From assembly GCA_030248215.1 (NCBI GenBank), contig JASANG010001546.1, forward strand, positions 1 to 64,000: a stretch of DNA of 64,000 nucleotides. Direction: 5' to 3'. Each line of letters opens with the position of its first letter. The stretch's first letter is position 1. The position numbers and the translations under genes are program-made. The DNA comes from Enoplolaimus lenunculus (lineage: Eukaryota). The notes under the pieces were generated by a model. It was not told the origin of the DNA, did not search any database, and saw only the letters and a list, made by a program, of their open reading frames with translations. Below are positions 1-11,800 of this stretch, piece after piece.

Positions 1-34
1 AGATGGATTACTTATCTTCAAGCAAGCCACTCAC

Positions 35-117
35 GTTCCGAGGACTTCTTTTGCGTCGTAGTGCGTATAGAAAGCACCCTCGCTAGATTCCGATTCTTCA
101 TTTTCATCCCGCGCCAT
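35..117 (-). CDS. PHKG: Phosphorylase b kinase gamma (catalytic) subunit, first coding exon (gene continues beyond left edge)
   Basis: Minus strand ATG at 117 gives MARDENEESESSEGAFYTHYDAKEVLG+AC, then a GTGAGT donor at 34 (83 nt, phase 2). Resembles the PHKG1 N-terminus as recalled ([28 protein letters not shown]), just before the kinase glycine loop. Only one exon visible. Confidence 0.8.
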
Positions 118-1893
118 CTTTAGTTTGACCAGTTAAAATTACACAACCATCTGATTTTGTGCCAAATAGGTATGCAGGATTAGGAAGTGAATGTTTTAGA
201 GAGAAGTCGAGTTTTCAGCTATAAATGTTTATAGGTATTTAATCAATCCTTCAAAAATTGCAATACAGCACACATGCTTTAGAAAAAGTTATTTAAAATC
301 AAGCTGCTGTGGATGGTTCCGCAACTGTTTCTGTTCTGTTCATATGGCTTTTTTACACACTTGTTCAAAAATTTCGCTCACTAACGATACTCATAACTAC
401 CATTGCAGAAAATCTAAGCCACTAGCTATATAATCTCCCGCGAAAACAATATGTTACCATAAATTTTCTATTGAATTCGTGCAAGAAGATAAAAATGTCA
501 TACGTCTGACAGATTATGACTGTACTTATATGACTTGCATATGACTCAGTAAGAAAAGATGTCCGGAATACATACGAGAAACCAAACACTTTAAGGTTGG
601 TAGCTTCCTAACCGAAAATTCAAATCATATACTAACAATGCCGCTTCACTAGACTAGTATATAAAACCGATTTTTATTGAGTGAAAGTTTGCAAATAAAA
701 ATTATGTCTCATATCATGGCGGTGACCACTGACAAGTCTATTAAGTTCCATTATTAACATGTGACCAGATACTTATTGCGAGGTGACCTTCCGTCCCTAT
801 GAAAAGCAACGCCAAACGTCAAGTGAGTGGCATTGATTTTCGCCCACAGCTGACGTTTCTGGCATACGTACAATTTTAATCAAAGCAATTACGAAGATGT
901 TGTCAACAAAAGTGATTCAGTTTTGGATTGGACTTTGAATTGCATAACGCTATGGGTGACAAAGCTTTCCAATTTGTATTAATAAAAAAATGGTATAAAA
1001 TGGAAGCAAACGGAAATATGATGATGCCTAATTGAAATTAAAGTTGCATCCGGGTCCGGACATCCCGGATATTCCGGGTATTTTAGAACGGTAAAATTCT
1101 GAGTCCGGGTTTTTGCTTAATGAAGAAATTCCGGGTTCGGGTTTTTGCAACCAATCATTCCGGGTCCGGGTTGAGAGAAGCTGATGCTTTGCTAGTTTTA
1201 AGGCCCAAATCACCACCTAGTTTCAGTTCTACCCCGTTGTTTATACTTATCGCTCCGATTTAGTGACGCAGCCGAATAAATGTTTACTGCCCACCCCAAT
1301 ACCGACAACTTTATTATGACAATTATACGACAAAGATAAATGTCCTAACGATTGTAGCCTGATCCGAAATGTTCCTAAACACAGTTTATTCAGCCACAAG
1401 TCCACAGAACCACAATATCTCCGGTAATTTTTATAAGAGCTTACAAAAGCCGTGCACTCTCCCATTTTACACAAAATTTCTTATGATTTAAGACCAAACT
1501 AACCACGTTAGAATAATGTCCAATTCCGTTGCAGAATAGTAAAGACTGCGTTCCCCAGTTTTTTCCTAAATCCGCGAAATTTCCCCCGATAACTCCATAA
1601 ACACCAGTACCCTAACTGCATCGTACCTAAAATTAAATACGTTGAATGATTTATCAGATGGTAGTAATACACAGCTAACGCTACTGTCAAAGTATAAAAG
1701 TCTTCGCAAATTAATTTCTAAGAATGCGTTCCATATATATTTCATTCTGTTTTCTTAATTTTTTTCAACAAACATGCCAAGAAACAACACATATGCTAGG
1801 TAAAAGTGCCCTTAGAAGGGACAGATTGTGATATGTTTCGCTTGAAGCATGTAAGAGTTTAAACAAGGGTTAGTTAGACCATACATCAAAAGG

Positions 1894-2659
1894 TAATGCT
1901 TATATTAGCTCCATAACTTCTATGAAAGTAGTTGTCATCTATATCTTTGACGGCTGTCTTTCAGTGTTAACACGCTTACGGTCAGCGAAACATGAAACAT
2001 ATGGGCAAAAGGGACATCACCTATCAGCTTAATGTTAGCCTTTGTTGGGTTTTACAATGTTCAGTTTATAAGTGATATAATCTAGCATTCTTCATTGGAA
2101 GAGGATATTTTTTGAGTTTTAAAATATTATGTTTCTAAAACTTGATTAGTAAATATTTCAATATTGCAAGATTACAAATTGCGACTATTGATTATCGAAT
2201 ACAAAATGTCACGTACACCTGCTCGACTGTTTTAGCTATCTTTACCATGACAATTTGATGATGTGAAGTCCAGAAACTTTTCCAAATTGTGTTCTGTGCC
2301 GTGACATATTTACGCTATTTTCTCCCCACCCCCCCTCCACCCACACCCGTTCATTTACAAGGAATACAAAAAATACAATTCAAACGTTGCTAAATATTTC
2401 AAAGAACATGTTCTGCTGGCGCTCAATTGAGATAACTTTTAAAAAGCAACTGACTGTTATACGAAAGGCATGTTGACAGTTGTACTTTAGAACGCCTTGA
2501 AAACCCATAGTGTCAATTTATAGCTTAACGGATGAAAGTTCGTTGGGCCCATATGTTTCTTATTTCAAAGACCGCAAGCGTGTTAACACTGAAAGCCAGC
2601 CGTCAAAGATATAGATGACAACTATTTTCATAGAAGTTATAGAGCTAATATAAGCATTA
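1894..2659. mobile_element. Foldback-type non-autonomous element with about 90-bp terminal inverted repeats
   Basis: 1894-1983 is a near-perfect reverse complement of 2570-2659; an inner IR pair GAAACATATGGGC / GCCCATATGTTTC lies near 1994 and 2547. No ORF. Confidence 0.75.
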
Positions 2660-3463
2660 ATATAAGTCTAAAGCGTACACTTGCTCCATTGCAATCCACC
2701 AAAAAGCAGCCTGTTCTAAGCTATAATGCATGGGAGGTTATTACAAAATATTAGTCTTAGTTAGCAATTTCAGTAGAAGAAACACCGCGGTGACACGTAA
2801 TCTATGACGTTGTCATTAGCATCACACAATAATATCGACTAGCTATGGTAATTACATATTTGTAATACAATTTTTCGAAAAATTACAAAAATCAAACTTT
2901 TAATAACAACTTAAATGAGACGTTTAGCTGTCCAATTTGTGTATGGTGTCGAAGCGGCTAAGTAGGATATTCTATACGTAAGTTATCTCATTCCAGCTCT
3001 GCTTTCCTGCAGAGAACATTCTGCAAAACTTTCAAAAAGCGTGCATTTTCGAGGCTTGAAACATATATTGAAAACACTACCGTGTTTCAATGATTTTGAT
3101 CGTTTTGTTTTGTCTTTACCTGTCTATAGCGTAAGCCTAAGCCTATTAAAGCCTAAGCCTACGCTTAAGCCCAAGCCTATTAAGCCTAAGTTTACGCTTA
3201 AGCCCAATTTTAAAATTAGTATTTGCCCCAGCATTTTGTCGACTGAATTACAACATATTTGGTCTAATAGCATTGATTTTAATGGAAATTAAAAATCATG
3301 TCATCAGTAGCGATGAGAAACTGACGCTTGCTCTCAAATGTGCTCATTGAATACCTCTTTAAAGACCAAGCGAAGTGAACCAGCAAAAGATTTCAACGAA
3401 TTATTTGAAATATTTCGAAACGAGGATATTTTGAAACTTTTTTCAAGGTCAAACAGTGCGATC

Positions 3464-3659
3464 AGCTTATGTATGGAAAAGGGCCGGAACAGTAGTATAA
3501 AAGCGAATTCCTTAGCCTAAGCCTAAGCCTAAGTAAGCGTATGGATGAGCCTATGCCGAAGCCTAAGCCTAAGCGTAAGCAAAAAATTAGTCCAAAGCTT
3601 AAACTGACTCTATTACAGCCCCTACGGAAAACGATCCGGTCCTGTTCTATACATGGGCT
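3464..3659. mobile_element. TTAGGC-repeat MITE copy
   Basis: Degenerate TIRs ending CCGGTCCTGTTCTATACATGGGCT; internal (GCCTAA)n; homologous to 13989-14188. Confidence 0.75.
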
Positions 3660-3689
3660 CTGCAATCGATATTCATGCTATTGTAACTA

Positions 3690-4127
3690 CTGTATTGACC
3701 CGAATAAGAGGGTGACTGGAATAAGAGGGAGGGTCCCCATTTTGAGTCCCAATCAATAGGAGTCCGTACCCCTAGTAAGAGCTTTGTAAGTGGATAGAGT
3801 CCCGAAACTCTAATCAGAGTCCAAAAATGTCAGTTATCCCTAATTGTAGCGCATAAATGACTCCAGGACCAAATAATTTGAGTTTGAAACTTTAAAGCCT
3901 ACTTAAGTTTTGAAAGTACATCGCTAAGTATAACCTTGCATTATCGCTCAAGCTTTTAATGCAATGTAGAAACCGTTTAATTCAACGGATAGTTGCAATA
4001 CCGGATATATATCAGTAAGGAAGGGTGGTGCAGGGCTGGTTCAAAATAAATAACCGTCCGTATAAGGAGGGTACCCTCTGGAGAGGCGAAATAAATAATA
4101 GTCCACCTCTAATTCGGGTCACTACAG
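3690..4127. mobile_element. TA-flanked MITE (CTGTA..TACAG ends), about 435 bp
   Basis: TIR CTGTA(T/G)TGACCCGAATAAGAGG / CCTCTAATTCGGGTCACTACAG flanked by TA; second full copy at 9463-9894 and inverted partial copy at about 8040-8212. TA flanks are compatible with Tc1/mariner-type mobilisation. Confidence 0.8.
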
Positions 4128-4215
4128 TACTGCAATTTTTGTAGCTTTACAAAGATGGTGTTGTATAATCGTCTCCGGGAAAAGATCAACTTTGTTGTGG
4201 TCGATTAACAATATT

Positions 4216-4550
4216 GGCTGGGTGCCCAGAACAGCGGACCGGAACAACGGTATGAGTATATATATTCCAATGCCTAAGCCTAACCCTAAGCCTAAGCGTA
4301 AGGATGAGTTTATTCCTAAGACTAAAGCCTAAGCCTAAAGCGTAAGAATGAGTTTATTCCTACGCCTAAGCCTAAGCCTAAGTGTAAAGATGAGTTTATT
4401 CCTCAAAGCCTAAGCTTAAGCCTAAGCCTAAGCCTCGTTGAGCCTATTCCAAAACCGAAGCCTAATGGAAGCAAAAAATAGTCTAAAGCTTAAGCTGACT
4501 CTATTACAGACCCACAGGAAAACGTTCCGGCCTTGTTCTATTCATGGACC
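4216..4550. mobile_element. TTAGGC-repeat MITE copy with expanded interior
   Basis: Several GCCTAA-rich subunits (CCTAAGCCTAAGCGTAAG..TGAGTTTATT) and right TIR ...CCGGCCTTGTTCTATTCATGGACC. Left boundary approximate. Confidence 0.7.
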
Positions 4551-5065
4551 GGCAGCTAACTTTTACAAGGTCGCAAATTTTGTCAAATTGACAGCTCCGT
4601 AAGCTTGCGAATTGTCTCACTGTAAAAGTCACTACAAGCTCAACGTTAATACCACAGACTTCAGCAACCAATACCGTTTTATATGGGAAAATTAAAATGA
4701 GTGTTGAAAACTTTCGACTTAATAAAAAATTACAAACTTTCCTAAGTAAAATCTTGACGTAAAGTTGGAATTCGACTTAAGATCGTGTTTCTGTAACCCA
4801 GCCATTGTAATTTAAAAATAAACAGTCTAACCAGGTTTTAAAAGTTGCGTTTATTACATATATACGACCCTGGGCACGCACCGGGGTATGCTCTGAGAGA
4901 ATGGCGCCTTAGAACCAAAAACGTTAACCTCTTATTAGCATCACTTCAGTCTAAAAATACTTTTACCATAAATCTAACATTTAAGCAATTTTCTAAAGTT
5001 GTTTCTCAGAATGATGATGTCTTTATGAAATACTTTTAGTTTGAGTAGCGCTAGGTGCGTACTTA

Positions 5066-5273
5066 CACTGCTAAAAATGGTTAGTCAAATTGATTCTTTC
5101 CGAAATACGCTCTGGGATTGCACAAATTGTGAGTTAAATTCGACTCCGATAGAGCCACACTCGACTCACTTAGTGGCACGTTTGACTCTGTCGCAATCGA
5201 ATTTGACTCATTTTGTATAGTCCCGTAGAGTCTATTCGGAGAGAGTCAATTTGATTCACCGTTTTTTTCAGTG
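5066..5273. mobile_element. CACTG..CAGTG-ended MITE (GACTC/GAGTC-rich; CACTA/EnSpm-like ends)
   Basis: TA|CACTG..AAAAATGG..AGTCAAATTGA / TCAATTTGATTCACC..TTTTTCAGTG|TA. Related copies at 6168-6382 and 13470-13678, partial copies at about 5330-5454 and 22418-22520. Confidence 0.75.
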
Positions 5274-5749
5274 TAGGTCCCATACTATTTCCGTGGGTTC
5301 CGAATACGACAGCCCTTGAACGTAAAGTAATTGACTCACTGGGAGACTCAGTAAATGGAATTTGACTCTGGTGGAGTCAAATTTGACACAGTTTGTGTAG
5401 TCAGGAAAAGCCTATTTCCGAGAGAGTCAATTTGACTCCGCATTTTTTACAGTGATGTACTGAAAAGTTTCCATCCCATATTTTCTGTTGTGTCCGTTTC
5501 GGTTAAAATCAAATTTGTGACGTCGCTGCAAATTTTTATTGTCAAAATTAGTTAATAAAATATGCAAAAATATTCAAAAATTATCTCTTATTTTAAGTTT
5601 TTAAAAAAATTTATGACACTTCTTCTTCATATTTGTTCCACTCTCACTGAGAAGTTTCTGAAATATGCTTCCACAGGCCGTACGTTCGCCAGTCAAAGCC
5701 CAAAATGATGATCAATCTTGGGTACGTGTGACGTCTATATTGCTACGGA

Positions 5750-5878
5750 CATTCCCGTAGACAGCTCACCTCGCTAGTGAGGGGGCTAAAAATGTTTTAG
5801 GAGAGACATTAAAGGGTTTTTAATGACTTGTAAGCAAGGTTGAAAATTTTCTCGACTCCCCCTGTGGCTACGGGCCCG
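5750..5878. mobile_element. hAT-like MITE (CA..CCCGTAG / CTACGGG..G ends) inserted at the SLC35B3 stop codon
   Basis: 8-bp flanks GCTACGGA (5742-5749) / GCTACGCA (5879-5886). Core TGACTT(G/A)(T/C)AAGCAAGGTTGAAAATTTT shared with copies near 12426-12593, 15851-16010, 45914-46050 and 10670-10760. Confidence 0.7.
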
Positions 5879-5879
5879 G

Positions 5880-8800
5880 CTACGCAACACCATTGGCTAC
5901 CAAGGTCCTATTTTCGGCTGTATTAATACGTCTGTGGGAGTTGAACCTTTGACAACATTTGCATAAGCAACGCTGTAGTCGAGCTGATATGTCAACAGAT
6001 GAGTGAGACCAAGAATTTTGATGCTCCGAGTAAACGTTCAAATATATTCCGACAAGCACAATTAAACCTGACCAGACATATCTGAAAATAATTGAAAATT
6101 TAAATGATTTTTGATATCAAATCAAAACGTAAATTCCAAACGCGTCATTTCTCTCTAAAACACACTACACAGCAAACAATGGTGAGTCTTATTGACTTTT
6201 TCTAAATAAGCTTTTCCTGACTACACAAACTGAGTTAAAATTCGACTCCGCCAGAGTCAAAATCGACTCACCGAGCGACTCAGTTAGTCGAATTTGACTC
6301 TGTGGCGGAGTCGAATTTTGACTCAGTTTGTGTAGTCCGGAAAAGCCTATTTTGGAGTCAATTTGAATCATTTTTTGCAGTGTACAACTTGTCTAAATAA
6401 AACATCTGACCCCTTATCAGAAAATTTTTTGGCCAATGTTACTGTGCGCAAAACAATAGTATAATCATATTCCTAAGTCTAAGCTTAAACCGCAACTTGA
6501 GGATAAGCCTATAAATAAGCCTTAACCTAAACCTAAGCAATGTCTGAAACTTTACTCCAATTCCGGCGAAAGAAGGGATACGCCCTTTAAAGTATGGGTA
6601 GTCTTTTTGATCAGGCAAAATTACATTCAAAATTGCATAAAATTACAATATACTCTATTTCGCACACTGCCACAAATGTAAGATATTAATGGTGATAAGT
6701 TGACCACTTAGCGCTTAGGTGTGGTACACTGTAAATTTCAGTGAGTTGATTTTAACTCAGAATGAGTTGAATCACTCAGTCTGAGTTAGGACTATCAGAA
6801 CTCAGAATTTTGAGTAGATTCAATTCATTCTAAGTTCATTAATTACCTCACCCAGAGTCACAACAACTCAGAGCAAGAATAAACTCAACTCAACGTGAGT
6901 TAATGTTTACTGATATTAATTCAGAAATAACCAACTCGCAAGCTGAATTGTTTAATCAACTCATTGGAATATACAGTGTGTATTCTCGTCCATGACGGAT
7001 TTAAAATGCCTGGCATACAAATCCGGGCCAAGGAAATACTTCTACGATCGTAAAATTAAGCGTATTTTTAAGCCTAAGCCTAAGCGTAAAACAAAGTGTT
7101 AATGCTAATCCTAAGCCAAAGTTTAAGCCTTTAGCCCCAGACTAAGCCAATCATTGCAGTCGTGCAAGAAAACGGGACGGATCTTAAAGTGAGCCTCCTG
7201 TTATCACTTTTAGCAAAAACTTACTGATAAGTGAATGGTTTTGAGAACAGCAAAAATGATAGCAATATTGTGATTCCTTTGCGTAGTGTTGTCACTAAAA
7301 ATAAGAGATATATGTCGTAGCCCAAGTCGTAATTCAGCCCAATTCCGAATTGGGCTAGTTTAAACCGGAATTACGACTTGGGCTCGCCCAAAGCCGAATC
7401 ATGTTTGATAAAGCTGTGCGTTTTCTGATAGGTTACTGGATAATTGCAATCCTGCTGAATTCCACTTTGCTAGTAAAACAAACTGTTTGGTAGCCAACAG
7501 GTGGCGATTAGTGAGCCAATCAGAAACAAGTATTCGCAACAGTCAATCGTATTTGAGTATGGCATTAAGGTAGTAAACAGTCACAAGGCGTTCACTTATC
7601 GCATAGAAACAATTACGCCGTGGCCACGTATATATCCACCTCCACACGACAGCGAGAGACTCAAATTTTTCCAGTGGGAGATATGCAAGGATTTGACATG
7701 ATTTACAAGCGACGCCAACCGTTTTCTACAGGGGACTAACAAATTTGTCACAAAATTTTTAGAAACACAAAATTTTGAAAACAAATTGAACCCAAAATGT
7801 GGTTCTTATTTGTACCCCGACAAAAAGTTTCCTTCGCACATATTGACTGAATAAATAAAATTTGCTGAGGGGCAGTGACCCGTATAGAGGGGGGAGGGGC
7901 GACTTTTGTTAGTTGGACCTAACGCCCATCTCTTATGGCATTCGCTTTTTTGGGCAGGACTGAGCATCCGCAGCATTTCTGTTGGATGTCATGTCCGTTA
8001 ATTATTTTCTGGATTATTCAATAAAATACATACGGTTTGTTATTTGGTCGTGGGGTCATTGATGCACTACACTTTAGGATAATTGACATTTATGGGGTTT
8101 GGAGACTCTATCCGCTTTCGGACTCTTATCAGGGACACGGACTCCTATTGATTGAGACTCAAAATGGGGACCCCTTCTCGTATTACCCACCTTTTATCCG
8201 GGTCACTACAGTATTGAGGCTTACACGAAGACTTGGGTTAAGTCAAAGCTTCAGCCCTGAAGATGGCGCTACATTTGTCGCATTTTTGAGTTAATAACAG
8301 TAAACATTAACTCACTCTAAGTTGAGTTAATCCTCGCTCTGAGTTCAGTTGATTCGGCGTATTAAGTTGAATAAATAACTCACAGTGAGTTTTACTGACT
8401 CAGCATTCTACGTTCAGAAAGTCCCAATTCAGATTGAGTGATTCAACTCATACTGAGTTAAAATTAACTCGCTGGGATTTACAGGAAACGTTAATCTGAG
8501 GACAACTTAATAGATAAGCATCCAAAAAGTGTCATTCAACCTTCAAACCAGACGCGTTCTGTACGGAGATTGAGAGTTCTGGCTCGAACGGTTTCATTAC
8601 AGAAAACAAAGTCCTTCCGTGTCCCGATGCGGCTGTATAAAACCGGTATGAAGCCAAAATCGGCTCGCCTGGCCGTAATTAGAAAAATTATTTAAAATTC
8701 GCAAGCCGTATTCCCGCAGCGAGTGCATTAGGATTCCTTTGGGGCTTAAAAACTTTGGTCATACGACAATTTTGCAGTAGTCTTCAATCGAGACCACCGA

Positions 8801-11800
8801 AACTTTTCCAGAAATTTTACCATGAAATATTCCAGTGAACGCTGAGTCCACAAGCCCTTCTGGGATCACAGACGCACGGCTGCCGTGACAGTAATGACTG
8901 AATGCAACTTGCTTGGTATTCCGTACTTCGCGAGTTCGAGATCCACAGGACCCGTAGCAAAATTTTCGCGAAGGGTTCTATATGGTACTGCTTAACCCTT
9001 TGTCACATGAATATTTTCGATTTCACATGAGATGTAATTTCAAGGTAAGATTCGATTCCCAGTCTCTCGGGTGGGAGGCGTTTACGATGACCACTGAGCG
9101 ATAGGGGCTGGAGGCTCCAGCTCGAGTTGGCTCTCACGTCTTGTGGAGATTTTGCACTGCACATATATATTATAAATGTTAAACACTGCTCACAGTGAGT
9201 GTATTGCTCTTACATTATTGTATTTAGTTGCTCATAGTACATTCTATGAGTTAAAGGGTTAACTCACCTGTAACAGCGACCAGCGCTCCAAATCGTCGAA
9301 CAAGTGTCAACACAACACCAATACCCAGATATCCGGTAATAGAAAATAGTCCACCGTACCCAAACGTTTGCATTGAGTTCTAAAATTGGTTACTGTATTA
9401 ATTACCAAGAGTCGATAACGGTTCAAACCTGTAACCACCTCATCATGCCTGAGAAACAATTACTGTAGTGAGTCGGATAAAGAGGGAATAATAAGATGGG
9501 GGTCCCCATTTTGAGTCCCAATCAGTAGGAGTCGGTATCCCTGATAAGAGTCCGTAAGCGGATAGAGTCCCTAAACCCTAATTAGAGCCCATAAATGTCA
9601 ATTATCTCTAATTGTAGCGCATAAATTGCTCCAGGACCAAATGATGTTGAGTTCGAAACTTTAAAGCATATTCAAGTCTTGGAAGTACATTGCAAAATAT
9701 AACCATGCATTATAGCTCAAGCTTTTGATACACCGCAAAAACGTTTGATTCAACGGATAGTTGCAATACCGGATATATATCAGTAACGAAGCGCGGGTAA
9801 AAATAAATAACAGTCCGTAACCGAATAACAAGGGGGGTACCCTCTGGAGAGGCCAAATAAATATCAGTCCCCCCTCTTATTCGGGTCACTACAGTACCAG
9901 CCATGCATCATTGGGTTTCATAAAATTTACAAGGCGCGGTCAACTTGAGTTGAATCTCAGGTGCCAAAATCATATAAAAATGCAACCAGGGGATGCAGCT
10001 AGGATTACATTTTCGGAGGGGACACCCACGTCTAAATTTTTTTATTGCCACTTGCAAGTTTAACTTTACAGCGTCTAAAAAGTGCAAACTTTTCGAAAAT
10101 TTTGGCCAATATGTCAATCCTATCCTATCCTACTGTACACGCGCCCCTGAATTCAGTGCACTCACTAGTTTGAAGTAAATGAAACCAGCACGCGATGCCC
10201 GTTGCCAGCTCACCTTGCTAAGGGGGGGGGGCTAAAAAATTTTCAGGAGGGGCATTCAAAAAACAACTTACCGCTATGAAAAACGGCAAACTGTTGAATA
10301 TTTCACCGGTTGCTGTTACAGTACACGCAATATAAATGCAACCAATTGCGTACGAATATAAAACCTGGAACAAAACAAAATTAATTAAATCACAAAATGT
10401 TGCGGACGTCGAACGATGATTGGCCCAAATTTTAATTTTAACCAAAATCCAGGTTTGTTTAACCAATCAAATACGTAATAAAACAGTATAAAATACGGGT
10501 ATGGCTCGTACGGTTTTAAGTATGCATTTATGCAATTATCGTTTGGGCAATTGCCGTTGACCTGAAGTTGAGTGCACCAGCCCCCAAGATATCAATCTTT
10601 TTTCGTGTGCAATCACTTTGCCCGCTTAGTCGTAAGCGGAAATTAATTGTTTTCAAGGTTTGGCTTCCAAAAATTATTTTCAACTTTGCTTGTAAGTCAA
10701 CGAAAACCCTTGTATGTCCATCCAGAAAATTTTTAGCCCTCCCTAACAAGGTGAGCTGGTTATGCGTCGAATACGGAGGGTGGAGTGGTGATAGCCTAAT
10801 TATAGAAAAGCGAGCGGTTTGGCAACCTACTTTCTAGTAATCTACTTAAACAAATGTACTAAAATTGCTTACAAACAATACTTACAACTTCAGAATTAAC
10901 AGCGGCGTATCTTTTGATTTTTTGCTCTTGGACGTTACCAATTACAGCGTCCGATAATAACGCAATACAGATCATAACGTAACCTGCAAATAGAATAACA
11001 CAACTCATTTTAAAAACAAAATCCTATCATTGGAACACCTTGTGAAAGTTAGAATTTTAAATATAAAAAAGCGAAATTGGAAATTTCAATTTGACAAAAT
11101 GAAAACTATTTTTTTTTCTCGTTTTACAGAGCAAAAATTGAAATTTTAATTTTAGAAAGCGAAATTTATACCATTTCATGGTTGGAAAACGAAATTCGGA
11201 ATTGTAATTTTGTGAAGCAAATATTAAAAGTGCAAATTTTTCCAACGAAGTTTTATATTTTAAATTTTGGAAAGCGAAAGTTCAAATTCAAATTATTTAA
11301 ATTCCAAATTTGACATTTTAGCCTTGAAAAGTGACATCGCCAATTTTCTGGCTTTAAAAGCGAAATTTGTAAATGGAACAGAAATTTAAATTTATTTCGG
11401 CAGTGAAGTTCTCTTCAAAATTGACAGTTTAAATTTTTCTTTCCAAATTTCAAATTTCGCGTCATACGACAGCAATTTAACCCAATCGACCACATCAGAA
11501 GTCACTACAGGACTACACCAAATGTGTGATTATGAGACACACAGAAAAATGCCTGAATCCCTTTTTCCTATAGTATATAATTAGATTAATTCACTAATAA
11601 CCCAAAACTTACCGTATATCCGGTCAGAGTCTGTAATTAACAAAAAACATTACCAGCATAAGGGTTGCGCTATACTTGACGTCCGGCACCGTGCGTCACT
11701 CGTACGGCACCGTTCGTCTCCGTGCGTCATCATACGTTATCGTACGTAAGTCCTTTGCATACGATACCACACGGTGATGGACGGCCCCGTACAGGTGACG

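Noticed and set aside
3129..4470. True telomere or subtelomere
   Set aside because: TTAGGC runs are short, degenerate, in both orientations across the window and enclosed in TIR elements.
9045..9110. Functional tRNA genes (here, about 31960-32022 and 54485-54550)
   Set aside because: Box-like motifs only; no complete cloverleaf or acceptor stem could be formed by eye.
11461..11570. Candidate SLC35B3 exon beginning GKRDSG
   Set aside because: Stops in all frames; the true exon is 13382-13275.
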